A stretch of 64,000 nucleotides of DNA from Candidatus Omnitrophota bacterium (GTDB lineage Bacteria; Omnitrophota; Gorgyraeia; Zapsychrales; Fredricksoniimonadaceae), in assembly GCA_002753465.1 (NCBI GenBank), contig PEAF01000002.1, positions 10,942 to 74,941 of the forward strand, given 5' to 3'. Both the position numbers and the translations under genes were made by a program. The notes beneath the pieces are model-generated. The model had not been told where the DNA came from. It was given only the letters and a program-made list of their open reading frames with translations, and did not search any database. Positions 29,205-38,518 of the stretch are shown here, in pieces (positions within the stretch are counted from its first letter, which is position 1; each line of letters begins with the position of its first letter).

Positions 29205-30653
29205 TCAACTTTTAGGATTTTTGCATATGAGAGATGATTGTAACGCGGCGATATCTTTATCGTCGGCTAAAACAAGAAGGACGTCCCCGCCCTCAATACG
29301 GGTCGACCCATTAGGAATGATAAACTTATCTTCCCGTGAAATAAGGACGATCAGTGCTTTTGAAGGTACCTTCATTTCAAAGACCGTTTTACCGGCAGCC
29401 AATGACTCATAGGGAACAATAAGATCAGTTAAATTCGCCGGGATCGCCTCGGACCTTTCAAACTCGATAGGATATTTACGACGACGTCCCAAAGGCGTAT
29501 CAACATTGAACATCTTGGCGACCATAGGGATTGACATACCCTGGATAACAATAGAGATCAGGACAACAAAGAAAACGATATGAAATATTTGTGTCGCCTG
29601 CGGTATCCCAGATAATAATGGAAATGTCGCTAAAATAATGGGGGCGGCACCTCGCAACCCTACCCAGGCGATCATTCCCATACGATTAAACCCGAAGCCA
29701 AACGTTGAAAGAGACACAAAAACACTAAGTGGCCGCGCTACGAACATCAGGACCACGGCGATCAACACCCCCTGGCCAACAACAGGAGGGATAGCCGCTA
29801 TAGGCATCATTAATCCGAGAACAAGGAACATGCCGATCTGCATGAACCATGAAAGCCCCTCATGGAACTGCTTGACCGTCTTTTTATACATAAAATCCGC
29901 ATTCCCCATGACGAGGCCTGCGATATAGACAGCAAGAATGCCGCTGCCGTGAAGCAGCGATGTCGATGAATAAATAAGCAAAACGATAGCCGCAATCAAC
30001 GCGGGGTACAAACTGCCGAATTCAAGCTTAAGCCACCCTATGAACTTTAAACTGCCTTGCGCCATTAACCAGCCCACCAAAGCACCTGTACCCATTTCCA
30101 ACAAGAACTGAGGCACAAGCTCCGAAGGCGCTATATCCCCCTGAATAAGACGGATCAAGGCAATGGTCAGGAAAACAGCCATTGGATCATTGCTGCCTGA
30201 CTCAAACTCTAACAAAGGCCGTAATGACCCCTTAAGGCCAACCAAACGGGAACGCAAGATACTGAACACAGCCGCTGCATCAGTCGATGAAACAATGGCG
30301 CCCAGCAAAAAACCTTCCAAAAGACTAAAATGAAGCCAGTAAACCGCCGTAAGACCCACAATAACAGCTGTTAAGAGGACACCGAACGTAGACAATAAAA
30401 GCCCGGGTATGAGAATAGGGCGTATATCTTTTAGATCCGTGTCAAATCCACCCGTAAAGATAATAAAAACAAGCGCAACGATACCCAGCTGTTTGGCTAA
30501 CCAGGGATCATTGAAATGGATGCCTGCAAGAGCCGCCAACATACCGATGAAGAGGAAAAATACAAGGGCAGGAACCGCAAATTTATCTGACAATTTACTC
30601 GCCGCGATGCTCAGAAGAACAAGCGCCGATCCGATCAAAAAAGCAAACTCCAT
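29205..30653 (-). CDS. Potassium/proton antiporter (NhaP2/CvrA) with TrkA-C domain
   Basis: SSTDAAAVF, ESGSNDP and GLRGAAPI motifs. Confidence 0.92.
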   Translation of the reverse strand: MEFAFLIGSALVLLSIAASKLSDKFAVPALVFFLFIGMLAALAGIHFNDPWLAKQLGIVALVFIIFTGGFDTDLKDIRPILIPGLLLSTFGVLLTAVIVGLTAVYWLHFSLLEGFLLGAIVSSTDAAAVFSILRSRLVGLKGSLRPLLEFESGSNDPMAVFLTIALIRLIQGDIAPSELVPQFLLEMGTGALVGWLMAQGSLKFIGWLKLEFGSLYPALIAAIVLLIYSSTSLLHGSGILAVYIAGLVMGNADFMYKKTVKQFHEGLSWFMQIGMFLVLGLMMPIAAIPPVVGQGVLIAVVLMFVARPLSVFVSLSTFGFGFNRMGMIAWVGLRGAAPIILATFPLLSGIPQATQIFHIVFFVVLISIVIQGMSIPMVAKMFNVDTPLGRRRKYPIEFERSEAIPANLTDLIVPYESLAAGKTVFEMKVPSKALIVLISREDKFIIPNGSTRIEGGDVLLVLADDKDIAALQSSLICKNPKS

Positions 30654-31270
30654 TACACAGCCACTTTCATATTAAAGAAAGAATCTATCGTAGTATTCTC
30701 ATTCACACGCACATCCAGTGATCTTAAGTGCCCTGACAGTATCCGCTTCCAGCGGGCATCAGGATCAAGCGGTATGTATGAAGCATCAAAGTAATTTGTA
30801 GGGCACTGGAAATACGGCCCGTCTTCATGCAAAACAACAACATACTTCCTTCCCAGCAATGCGATTAACTGGCCCAGCAGGAATACAAACACCGGCGAAG
30901 GCGTCGTCATGGGTTTATCCACATCGATGTTCTTAAACCGTAACAAACAATCCCCATTCAGGACAATGACAACACAATGAACCTTGCCCATTTGACGGAC
31001 ATATTCGACAACAGACTCCCCCAGAGAAAAAGACAATTGACCCGTTACAACAGTGGCATCTGAAAGCACCAAAGCCCTGTGAATGTCATTATTCAATTCT
31101 TGATTAAGAGATGGAATAAAGAATATTTTCTTTAGCGTATTCTTCAGGTCAATCTCATCCGCGATATCCACATGATAACTTTTCAACTGATCAAGCCTGT
31201 GAATATCCCGCAAATCAATACGGACCCGTGGTAAAGTCGAGGAAGAACGTGACTGTTCATAGCCTACCAT
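30653..31270 (-). CDS. Degenerate TIR-like nucleotide-binding domain protein
   Basis: By eye aligns to the CAP12/Pycsar-type TIR family (KKIFF, VIVL..D, LLGRK.V, YIPLDP...WK); VFLLG replaces the usual FELG. Confidence 0.6.
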   Translation of the reverse strand: MVGYEQSRSSSTLPRVRIDLRDIHRLDQLKSYHVDIADEIDLKNTLKKIFFIPSLNQELNNDIHRALVLSDATVVTGQLSFSLGESVVEYVRQMGKVHCVVIVLNGDCLLRFKNIDVDKPMTTPSPVFVFLLGQLIALLGRKYVVVLHEDGPYFQCPTNYFDASYIPLDPDARWKRILSGHLRSLDVRVNENTTIDSFFNMKVAV

Positions 31271-31473
31271 ATGATCCCTCCTTTAACAGTATCAACATCA
31301 ACGCTGATTTAGTGAAAAACAAACATGGGGGTTTAATATCTAATCTTTTATAATTAATATTATTGTAGCATAATTTTTGTGACGTCAAATCCATAGGTAA
31401 TTTTTTATTCTTCAAAACATCAAATAAGAAGTAAAGTTTTCTTTTAATTGAAATATAACCTATAATTGTGCCC

Positions 31474-32436
31474 ATGAAATTAGGAAACTTTGAACTCAAC
31501 CAACCTCTTATTTTAGCACCGATGGAAGATGTCACGGATCTTCCCTTCCGCTTGATCTGCAAGCATCTTGGCGCTGACGTAACCGTAACTGAATTCACTG
31601 CCGCAGAAGCACTCATCAGGAACGTAGGCAGAGCTTTAAAAAAGATCGAGATCCTTGATGAAGAGCGTCCTGTCGGCATCCAACTTTTCGGTTCACGTCC
31701 GGAAGCATTGAAAGAAGCCGCCGGTATTGCCGAACAGATGAATCCCGACTTCATCGACATCAATTGCGGCTGCTGGGTCAAGAATCATGTGGCAAGGACC
31801 GAGGGTGCCGGATTGTTAAAAGACCTTCCTCTTTTTGAAAAGATCGTCAAAGCAACGGTTGCCGGAACAAAACTCCCGGTCACCGTTAAAACACGGCTGG
31901 GCTGGGATCAAGATTCAATTGTAATCATGGAAGTGGCTAAAATGGTCGAGGCCGCCGGCGCAAAAATGTTAACACTCCACTGCCGCACACGCGCTCAGGC
32001 GCACCGTGGATTTGCCGATTGGGCATGGCTTGAGCGTGTAAAAAAGACGATCAAGATCCCACTTATCGGAAACGGGGATATCATTACGCCTGACGATGCC
32101 AAGACCATGTTCGATACGGGCTGCGATGGCGTTATGATCGGCAGGGGTGCTGTCGCCAATCCCTGGATCTTCAAACAAATAAAACATTACTTACATACTG
32201 GAAATTTACTGCCTGAGGCGACCATTCATGACAAGATTGCCTTGTGCATTGAACATTTAGAGAATGCCTGCCGTGTAAAAAGCTGTCGCAACCCTGTGCT
32301 GGCTTTCCGCAAACACTACGTTGGATACCTTAAGGGGTTACCTGGGATATCCAAATTACGTGCAGACCTTATGCAACTTGACACGCTTGAACATGTACGC
32401 ACCCGCCTGCAGCAATACGCCGCTGAACACGCATAA
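31474..32436 (+). CDS. dusB: tRNA-dihydrouridine synthase B
   Basis: LAPM, DINCGC, VKTRLGW, GNGDI and MIGRG motifs. Confidence 0.93.
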   Translation: MKLGNFELNQPLILAPMEDVTDLPFRLICKHLGADVTVTEFTAAEALIRNVGRALKKIEILDEERPVGIQLFGSRPEALKEAAGIAEQMNPDFIDINCGCWVKNHVARTEGAGLLKDLPLFEKIVKATVAGTKLPVTVKTRLGWDQDSIVIMEVAKMVEAAGAKMLTLHCRTRAQAHRGFADWAWLERVKKTIKIPLIGNGDIITPDDAKTMFDTGCDGVMIGRGAVANPWIFKQIKHYLHTGNLLPEATIHDKIALCIEHLENACRVKSCRNPVLAFRKHYVGYLKGLPGISKLRADLMQLDTLEHVRTRLQQYAAEHA

Positions 32437-32444
32437 CACGTCGA

Positions 32445-32603
32445 TCAAAATAATGTGTAGATAAATGGAGCTACTGCAGAGCTCTGCGCAAAAACGATCA
32501 GAACGCTCAACAGGACAAGGATTATTAGAATAGGGGCCAGCCAAAAACGTTTACGTACTTTAAGAAAAGCCCACAATTCTTTCAATATCGATGCTTTTGA
32601 CAT
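32445..32603 (-). CDS. DUF5989 / SxtK-like small membrane protein (52 aa, not in the ORF track)
   Basis: MSKASILKELWAFLKVRKRFWLAP...SAVAPFIYTLF*. Confidence 0.85.
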   Translation of the reverse strand: MSKASILKELWAFLKVRKRFWLAPILIILVLLSVLIVFAQSSAVAPFIYTLF

Positions 32604-32614
32604 ACCAATCCTCA

Positions 32615-33019
32615 CTAAAATTGTTGTTCACAACTCTCTTTTTGAAATGCAGCCTTCACTCTTTGATGCCAGTATGTCTTGGCGTTACGGTCGATCGTTC
32701 TGTTTAGGAAATCTTTTCCGATCAGCCTGAACAAAACGCCCAGAGGTGCAAAGAGTAAAAGGAATACCAGGCTCAAAATGACCGCAGTTACAATACTACC
32801 GATAAAATGTGCTGCACGCATCCACAATCCATATCCTGTCTTCAATGAAGGCCAATGACACGCCGTGACAACCAGGAAAATGGCACTGCAAATAAATAAT
32901 GTAATGGACGAACCCATAAGACCATGCTTTAAGGCCCCACCAACGCCGAAGATCAAAGAAATCAGCGTAAGCCCGCAACCGAAAAACAAAAGATCTTTCT
33001 GTTCTTTATTCATATTCAA
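32615..33019 (-). CDS. SxtJ-family membrane protein
   Basis: WM..AH.IG...IL...F..PLG..RL.GKD.L...YW...QQF pattern. Confidence 0.85.
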   Translation of the reverse strand: MNMNKEQKDLLFFGCGLTLISLIFGVGGALKHGLMGSSITLFICSAIFLVVTACHWPSLKTGYGLWMRAAHFIGSIVTAVILSLVFLLLFAPLGVLFRLIGKDFLNRTIDRNAKTYWHQRVKAAFQKESCEQQF

Positions 33020-34848
33020 TCCAAGATCTGAGAGATCTTTTCTTTCGTATAGTCATCTTTACGGGGCTGATCAACTTTTAACACGATAAAACGATTCAAA
33101 ATCAAGGCATCCATATCCGTACACATAAAACAACGGTAAGCATCGTCAAGGGTGCAAACAATTGGCTCACCCCGGATGTTAAATGATGTGTTAATAATAA
33201 CAGGACAGCCGGTTTTATTGAAAAATGCGCGAATTATCTTGTAATAAAAAGGGCTGTTTTCCTCATCAACGGTTTGAACACGTGCGGAATAATCAACATG
33301 CGTTACGGCAGGGATAGAGGAACGTTTTACATTTAACCTGTCAATACCGGCAACCCCGGACAACTGCGACCCATGATCGATCTGAGACGAAGTCACAGGC
33401 GCCACCAAAAGCATATACGGGCTTTCGGTCGACAGGTCAAAATAGTCCCTGGCTTTCTCAGCCAAAACGCTTGGGGCAAAAGGACGGAATGACTCACGAA
33501 ATTTAATACGCAGGTTCATCTGCTGCTGCATCGTTGTCGATCGAGCATCGCCGATGATACTTCTTGTGCCCAATGCCCTCGGGCCGAACTCCATTCGCCC
33601 CTGCACAAGGCCGATCACCTTTCCTTGATCAATAAGATCTGCAATAGCCGAAAAAACCGTATCTGTCGAGTATTCATAATGCGGGATCTTATTTGACCCT
33701 AAAAAAGACACCACCTCATTATCTGCATATTCAGGCCCCAGACAAGAACCGGCTTGAAGATCATGGACCTCGTCCGCGCAGCGCGGATTATCCAAATAGC
33801 GGTGCCAGACAAATAATGCCGCCCCTAAAGCGCCCCCGGCATCACCGGCAGCAGGCTGTATCCAGATATTCTTAAACGAAGTTTGTTGAAGTATCTTACC
33901 GTTAGCCACACAATTAAGCGCAACCCCGCCGGCAAGGCACAAATTCGTCTCACCCGTAACCTCATGAATGAAATTGGCGGTTTTAACAATGATCTCTTCA
34001 GTTACATGCTGTACGGAACATGCCAAATCCATATCAAGCTCAGTGATCGGCGTTTCCGGAATTCTTGGCGCACGCCCGAAAAGACGATGGAACTTTGAGC
34101 TAGTCATTGTTAGTCCGGCGCAATAATTAAAATATGCCATATTTAGACGGAATGAACCATCAGGCTTAATATCAACGATCTCCCGACGGATAATATCCGC
34201 ATACTTCGGCGTGCCATACGGAGCGAGGCCCATCAGTTTATACTCGCCGGAATTAACCCTGAAACCACAGTAGTACGTGAACGCCGAGTAGAGCAAACCC
34301 AATGAATGCGGGAACCTCAACTCTTTATCCAGCGTAAGGGTATTTCCCAGACCCACTCCGAAGCTCGTCGTCGTCCATTCACCGACCCCATCCATCGTAA
34401 GCACTGCCGCACGTTGGAATGGAGAAGGAAAAAAGGCTGCCGCTGCATGTGATTCGTGGTGTTCGGGAAAGAGGATCTTTCCCTTGTAGTTAAGTTCGTT
34501 TAGAAGAAGATCCTTAAGAAAGATCTTCTCCTTAAGCCATACAGGCATGGCCTTCAAAAATGAGCTTAAACCGAAAGGAGCATAATTAAGATAAGTTAAA
34601 AGAAGCCGCTCTAATTTTAGAAACGGCTTCTCATAGAAACCAACATACGCAACATCATTGATCGTAATGCCAGCAGTTTTAAGGCAAAAATCAACAGCAT
34701 GACCCGGGAAAGATGCGTCGTGTTTTTTGCGGGTAAACCGCTCTTCTTGCGCTGCCGCTATGATCTTCCCATCTTTAAGAAGGCAGGCAGCACTGTCATG
34801 ATAATAGGCTGAGATACCCAAAATAAAGATGTGGTCGCTTGAAGTCAC
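33016..34848 (-). CDS. Carbamoyltransferase (NodU/CmcH family)
   Basis: HDSAA, EERFTRKK, EHHESHA, GEYKLMGLA, RESFRPFAP and NTSFN motifs. Confidence 0.95.
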   Translation of the reverse strand: MTSSDHIFILGISAYYHDSAACLLKDGKIIAAAQEERFTRKKHDASFPGHAVDFCLKTAGITINDVAYVGFYEKPFLKLERLLLTYLNYAPFGLSSFLKAMPVWLKEKIFLKDLLLNELNYKGKILFPEHHESHAAAAFFPSPFQRAAVLTMDGVGEWTTTSFGVGLGNTLTLDKELRFPHSLGLLYSAFTYYCGFRVNSGEYKLMGLAPYGTPKYADIIRREIVDIKPDGSFRLNMAYFNYCAGLTMTSSKFHRLFGRAPRIPETPITELDMDLACSVQHVTEEIIVKTANFIHEVTGETNLCLAGGVALNCVANGKILQQTSFKNIWIQPAAGDAGGALGAALFVWHRYLDNPRCADEVHDLQAGSCLGPEYADNEVVSFLGSNKIPHYEYSTDTVFSAIADLIDQGKVIGLVQGRMEFGPRALGTRSIIGDARSTTMQQQMNLRIKFRESFRPFAPSVLAEKARDYFDLSTESPYMLLVAPVTSSQIDHGSQLSGVAGIDRLNVKRSSIPAVTHVDYSARVQTVDEENSPFYYKIIRAFFNKTGCPVIINTSFNIRGEPIVCTLDDAYRCFMCTDMDALILNRFIVLKVDQPRKDDYTKEKISQILD

Positions 34849-34874
34849 AATGAACCCTGAAAAAGCCTCACAGA

Positions 34875-35447
34875 TTACTTGAGGTAGGCTTTAATGATCT
34901 TCTGTTCTTCAACAGGACGATCACCAGGCCCGACCTCGACATTTTCGATCTTTTGAACAACGTCATAACCAGCAACAATCTCTCCGAAGATCGTATGGCG
35001 ATTGTTTAGCCATGGCGTCGGAACAGTTGTAATGAAAAACTGACTGCCATTGGTCGCGGGACCACTATTGGCCATGGCCAAAAGCCCCTTGCGGTCAAAT
35101 TTTACATTTGGCGAGAATTCATCTTCGAAACGGCCGCCCCAAAGGCTTTCACCACCGCGCCCGGTCCCTGTCGGATCTCCGCCTTGAACCATGAACGACT
35201 TGATGACACGGTGAAAAATCAGGCCGTTATAATATCCCTTAGCAACAAGGCCCTTAAAGTTCTCACAGGCCTTGGGCGCCACATCGTTAAACAATTTGAT
35301 CTCAACATTACCCTGATTGGTTTCCAGCACAACAACAGATTCATTAGCCCCCATACCCGTTTCCTCCTTCTGAGCCTGTACACAGCCCGTCATTGTTAAT
35401 GAAAAGATCCCTGCCGCGACCAAGAAAACCCTTAAAGCTGAAAACAT
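34875..35447 (-). CDS. Cyclophilin-type peptidylprolyl isomerase
   Basis: FHRVI, QGGDPTGTG and NGSQFFIT motifs. Confidence 0.95.
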   Translation of the reverse strand: MFSALRVFLVAAGIFSLTMTGCVQAQKEETGMGANESVVVLETNQGNVEIKLFNDVAPKACENFKGLVAKGYYNGLIFHRVIKSFMVQGGDPTGTGRGGESLWGGRFEDEFSPNVKFDRKGLLAMANSGPATNGSQFFITTVPTPWLNNRHTIFGEIVAGYDVVQKIENVEVGPGDRPVEEQKIIKAYLK

Positions 35448-35457
35448 AATTCACTCC

Positions 35458-35961
35458 TCAGTAGTAGTTTCGATTTCCATTATCCGGACTGAACACATCC
35501 TGTAATAAAGTCGCTTTTTCCGGGGCAACATTATCCGGCGGATCAAGCGGCTTTTGAGATTCTTTGGCAAACATTCTAGCCTGTAACGACATGTTCTCTT
35601 CATGAGAACGCGAAAGCTCATCTTTGAGAGATTTATTTTCTTGTTTTAAAAGATCGATCTGTCCCTGGAATATCTGTTTTAGTTTCTCTACCTGATCCTG
35701 ATGGTCTTCCTGAGAAAAAGCATTTTTCTGAAGCTGAGTTATCGCATGATTCTTCTCTTCGATCAATTTTTCCAATGTCATGAGTTTCAATACGGAAGCT
35801 TCATTGACCATCTTAAGTTCCATCTGTTCCTGAGACACAGCCCCACGGGGACCTTCAGCGGTAACGGGCACTGCGACGCCAGCGTCTTTAAACTCCTTCA
35901 TAAATACAAAAAGAAAGGCCCCTATCCCCGCAGCTAAAATGAAAATAAAAAGAATAAACAT
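35458..35961 (-). CDS. Membrane-anchored coiled-coil protein
   Basis: N-terminal TM segment followed by a heptad-rich region. Confidence 0.75.
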   Translation of the reverse strand: MFILFIFILAAGIGAFLFVFMKEFKDAGVAVPVTAEGPRGAVSQEQMELKMVNEASVLKLMTLEKLIEEKNHAITQLQKNAFSQEDHQDQVEKLKQIFQGQIDLLKQENKSLKDELSRSHEENMSLQARMFAKESQKPLDPPDNVAPEKATLLQDVFSPDNGNRNYY

Positions 35962-35977
35962 TATGTTCCCCCAAAGA

Positions 35978-36664
35978 TCACATCAAACTAATAACTTCCG
36001 GCGGCAATGACTTTAATTCATCCACTCCCAGGACCTTGATGGACCACCTTAATAACTGCAGCTTATTGCGCAGTTTGGCTTGAGAAGGATCCTCTTTAGC
36101 TATCTTCTTTCGCGTCAGGAAAAAGATCTTACGCAGCGTATTCAGTACGATCCGCGCTTCCCTTGGCCTTTGATTGCCAACCGACAGAATGTCTTCAATG
36201 GCCGCATAAGCTAATTCATTGACATACGGCTCATAATGATCCATGCGCTGAATCAATAAAGGCATCATTGAATCAAAATATCTGTAACGGTCAATGATCA
36301 GAAGTGCACGCATGATCTCGATCTGAAAATAAACAGAATTTATGCGTTGAAGCTGCCTTAGAAAAACGCGCTCAACAATAGATTTTTCTTTCGAAACCGC
36401 CTGGGACGCAAACTTCTGCCTGAAAACAACAACAGCAGCTGTTTTTTTATGAATATTCAGTTCATCATCGTTAATCATAGCCAACAGCAGATCTTTCGTC
36501 GCTGTAGAGAGCTTGGCTGTGTAACCGACGATCAATGCCTTATCATCGAATATATCCGCCGCTACCGATAACGGCGCACTTGCCTGAGCCCCCACCGATG
36601 AAGCCAGACAGCTAACCAACAAGCATACCGCAATAAGGAAGGATCTATTCATCAATGACCTCAA
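35978..36664 (-). CDS. Hypothetical secreted helical protein
   Basis: Signal peptide; lies within the operon. Confidence 0.7.
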   Translation of the reverse strand: MRSLMNRSFLIAVCLLVSCLASSVGAQASAPLSVAADIFDDKALIVGYTAKLSTATKDLLLAMINDDELNIHKKTAAVVVFRQKFASQAVSKEKSIVERVFLRQLQRINSVYFQIEIMRALLIIDRYRYFDSMMPLLIQRMDHYEPYVNELAYAAIEDILSVGNQRPREARIVLNTLRKIFFLTRKKIAKEDPSQAKLRNKLQLLRWSIKVLGVDELKSLPPEVISLM

Positions 36665-37520
36665 GTGTCATGTCGATCGCCTTGCGTGAATGCGTTAATG
36701 CCCCGATAGAGATACGGTCAACACCCGTTGCCGCGGCCATGCGTACATTGTGAATATTAATGCCGCCAGATGCCTCAAGCAAAGGCCTGTTCTTCCCGGG
36801 AAAACGGGCCTTGGTCAATCGCACCGCCTTCTTGAGATCCTGAGGTGACATATTATCTAAAAGGATCATTTCAGGAGACGCGTCGAGAACATCCTGCAGT
36901 TCGGGCAAAGAATCAACTTCGATCTCCACTTTAGCGCTCGTTTTTTGATGGGCCAGACGTACAACATCAGCCAAAGACGATTTCTTGGCACAGATAGCCC
37001 GATGATTGTCTTTGATCAACACCATATGCCCTAATCCAAAACGGTGATTGACGCCTCCACCGCATACAACGGCATAACGCTCAATGATACGCGAACCTGG
37101 TGTTGTTTTGCGTGTATCCATAATGCACGCTGTATACGGCTTGACAGCCTGACAGAAATCTCTGGTGCGAGTAGCGATCGCTGAAAGATAACTCAGGTAA
37201 TTAAGTGCAACGCGTTCACCCGTAAGAATGGCACGTGTACCGCCTTGCAATGAAATAATAACATCACCATGTACAACGAGATCCCCGTCATGCTTTCGGA
37301 TCGTTATTGTTAGTTTCGGATCAAGCTGACGAAAAACTTCTTTAACAAAATCCACGCCGCAGACAACGGACGGCTCTTTGGACATGATCGAGGCGCAACT
37401 TTTATGCGATTCAGGAATAAGTAAATTGGTCGTGATATCACCGGTGCCGACATCTTCTTCTAAAGCAACCTTAACCAGCTTACGCACATCCGCGACTGGT
37501 AACATATTAATATTTTTCAT
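36645..37520 (-). CDS. nadC: Nicotinate-nucleotide diphosphorylase (carboxylating)
   Basis: DTRKTTPG, NHRFGL, LIKDNH, LLDNM and EASGG motifs. Confidence 0.95.
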   Translation of the reverse strand: MKNINMLPVADVRKLVKVALEEDVGTGDITTNLLIPESHKSCASIMSKEPSVVCGVDFVKEVFRQLDPKLTITIRKHDGDLVVHGDVIISLQGGTRAILTGERVALNYLSYLSAIATRTRDFCQAVKPYTACIMDTRKTTPGSRIIERYAVVCGGGVNHRFGLGHMVLIKDNHRAICAKKSSLADVVRLAHQKTSAKVEIEVDSLPELQDVLDASPEMILLDNMSPQDLKKAVRLTKARFPGKNRPLLEASGGINIHNVRMAAATGVDRISIGALTHSRKAIDMTLEVIDE

Positions 37521-37566
37521 AGTAACATCCTAGCATAAATGATCATAAAGTCATTTGAGCTTTAAC

Positions 37567-37607
37567 AAAAAACGCAGGTCCTTATAATTTAATAAGAATC
37601 TGCGTTT
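37567..37607 (-). terminator. Terminator downstream of tRNA-Ser
   Basis: AAACGCAG...CTGCGTTT stem with a T-tract on the minus strand. Confidence 0.55.
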
Positions 37608-37614
37608 AAAATAT

Positions 37615-37723
37615 AAAAACGGAGAAGGAGGGATTCGTTGCCCTTCACTCGCTACGCTCGTTCGGGTCAGACATCCGCATCGCCTAAAGGATGCTGCGCA
37701 TCCAGCGATGCTCCTTCGAATCC
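37615..37723 (-). repeat. Duplicated tRNA-Ser 3' end with a structured insert
   Basis: 23 bp AAAAACGGAGAAGGAGGGATTCG at 37615 is identical to 37739; palindromic sequence lies between the copies. Confidence 0.75.
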
Positions 37724-37743
37724 TTAAGATATAATTAAAAAAA

Positions 37744-37832
37744 CGGAGAAGGAGGGATTCGAACCCTCGGACCCAGTCACCCAGGTCAACTTCTTAGCAG
37801 GAAGCTCCAATCGGCCACTCTGGCACCTCTCC
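37744..37832 (-). tRNA. tRNA-Ser(GCT)
   Basis: GGAGAGG acceptor stem, anticodon loop CTGCTAA, long variable arm, GTTCGAATC; CCA not encoded. Confidence 0.95.
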
Positions 37833-37837
37833 AAAAT

Positions 37838-38305
37838 CTATTTGCTCTTTTTCCTTTTTTTACGAAAGAACTCACTGATAACATCACCGCACTCATCAGC
37901 CAGTAAACCACTCTCAACTTTGACCTGATGATTCAGCGTATTGTTCTTAAGGATATTTACTACAGAACCGCACGCACCCGTCTTTGGTGCCGCTGCCCCA
38001 TAGAAGATTTTTTCCAAACGTGCGAGGACGATCGCCCCGGCGCACATCGAACAAGGCTCGATTGTAACATACAGCGTACAATCATGCAACCACTTGGACG
38101 ATAGAAAATTCGCCGCCTGTGTGATGGCGATCATTTCCGCGTGCGCGGTAGGATCCTTCAAAAGTTCAACCTGATCATACGCCCGCCCGATGATCTGCTG
38201 GCCGTGAACGATAACAGCCCCGACAGGCACCTCATCTTTAGAGGCGGCCTGATGCGCCTGTTTAAGCGCTTCACGCATCATGGCTTCATGAAATTTATAG
38301 TCCAT
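37838..38305 (-). CDS. tadA: tRNA adenosine(34) deaminase
   Basis: EVPVGAV, HAE and EPCSMC motifs. Confidence 0.93.
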   Translation of the reverse strand: MDYKFHEAMMREALKQAHQAASKDEVPVGAVIVHGQQIIGRAYDQVELLKDPTAHAEMIAITQAANFLSSKWLHDCTLYVTIEPCSMCAGAIVLARLEKIFYGAAAPKTGACGSVVNILKNNTLNHQVKVESGLLADECGDVISEFFRKKRKKSK

Positions 38306-38356
38306 AAATAAAAACTCCGCTTCCGTCGTATCGACAGAAACGGACCTTTTAAAAAA

Positions 38357-38430
38357 CGCGCCTGACAGGAGTCGAACCTGTAACCTTTTGATCCGTAGTC
38401 AAATGCTCTATCCAATTGAGCTACAGGCGC
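38357..38430 (-). tRNA. tRNA-Arg(ACG)
   Basis: GCGCCTGTAGCTCAATTGGATAGAGC...CTACGGA...GGTTCGACTCC. Confidence 0.96.
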
Positions 38431-38518
38431 AAAATACTGACTGATCTATTAAGAACACAACTTCCTGAAACAATGTTGCACAATTTTACACAAAATCCTG
38501 ATTCTGACAAGAAGAAAC

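Noticed and set aside
31257-31781. Antisense and alternative-frame ORFs from the track, such as this 174-aa ORF opposite dusB
   Set aside because: They overlap well-supported genes and have no recognisable motifs.
32445-34848. sxtI/J/K-like trio as evidence of saxitoxin biosynthesis
   Set aside because: This carbamoyltransferase cluster is widespread and no other sxt genes are present.
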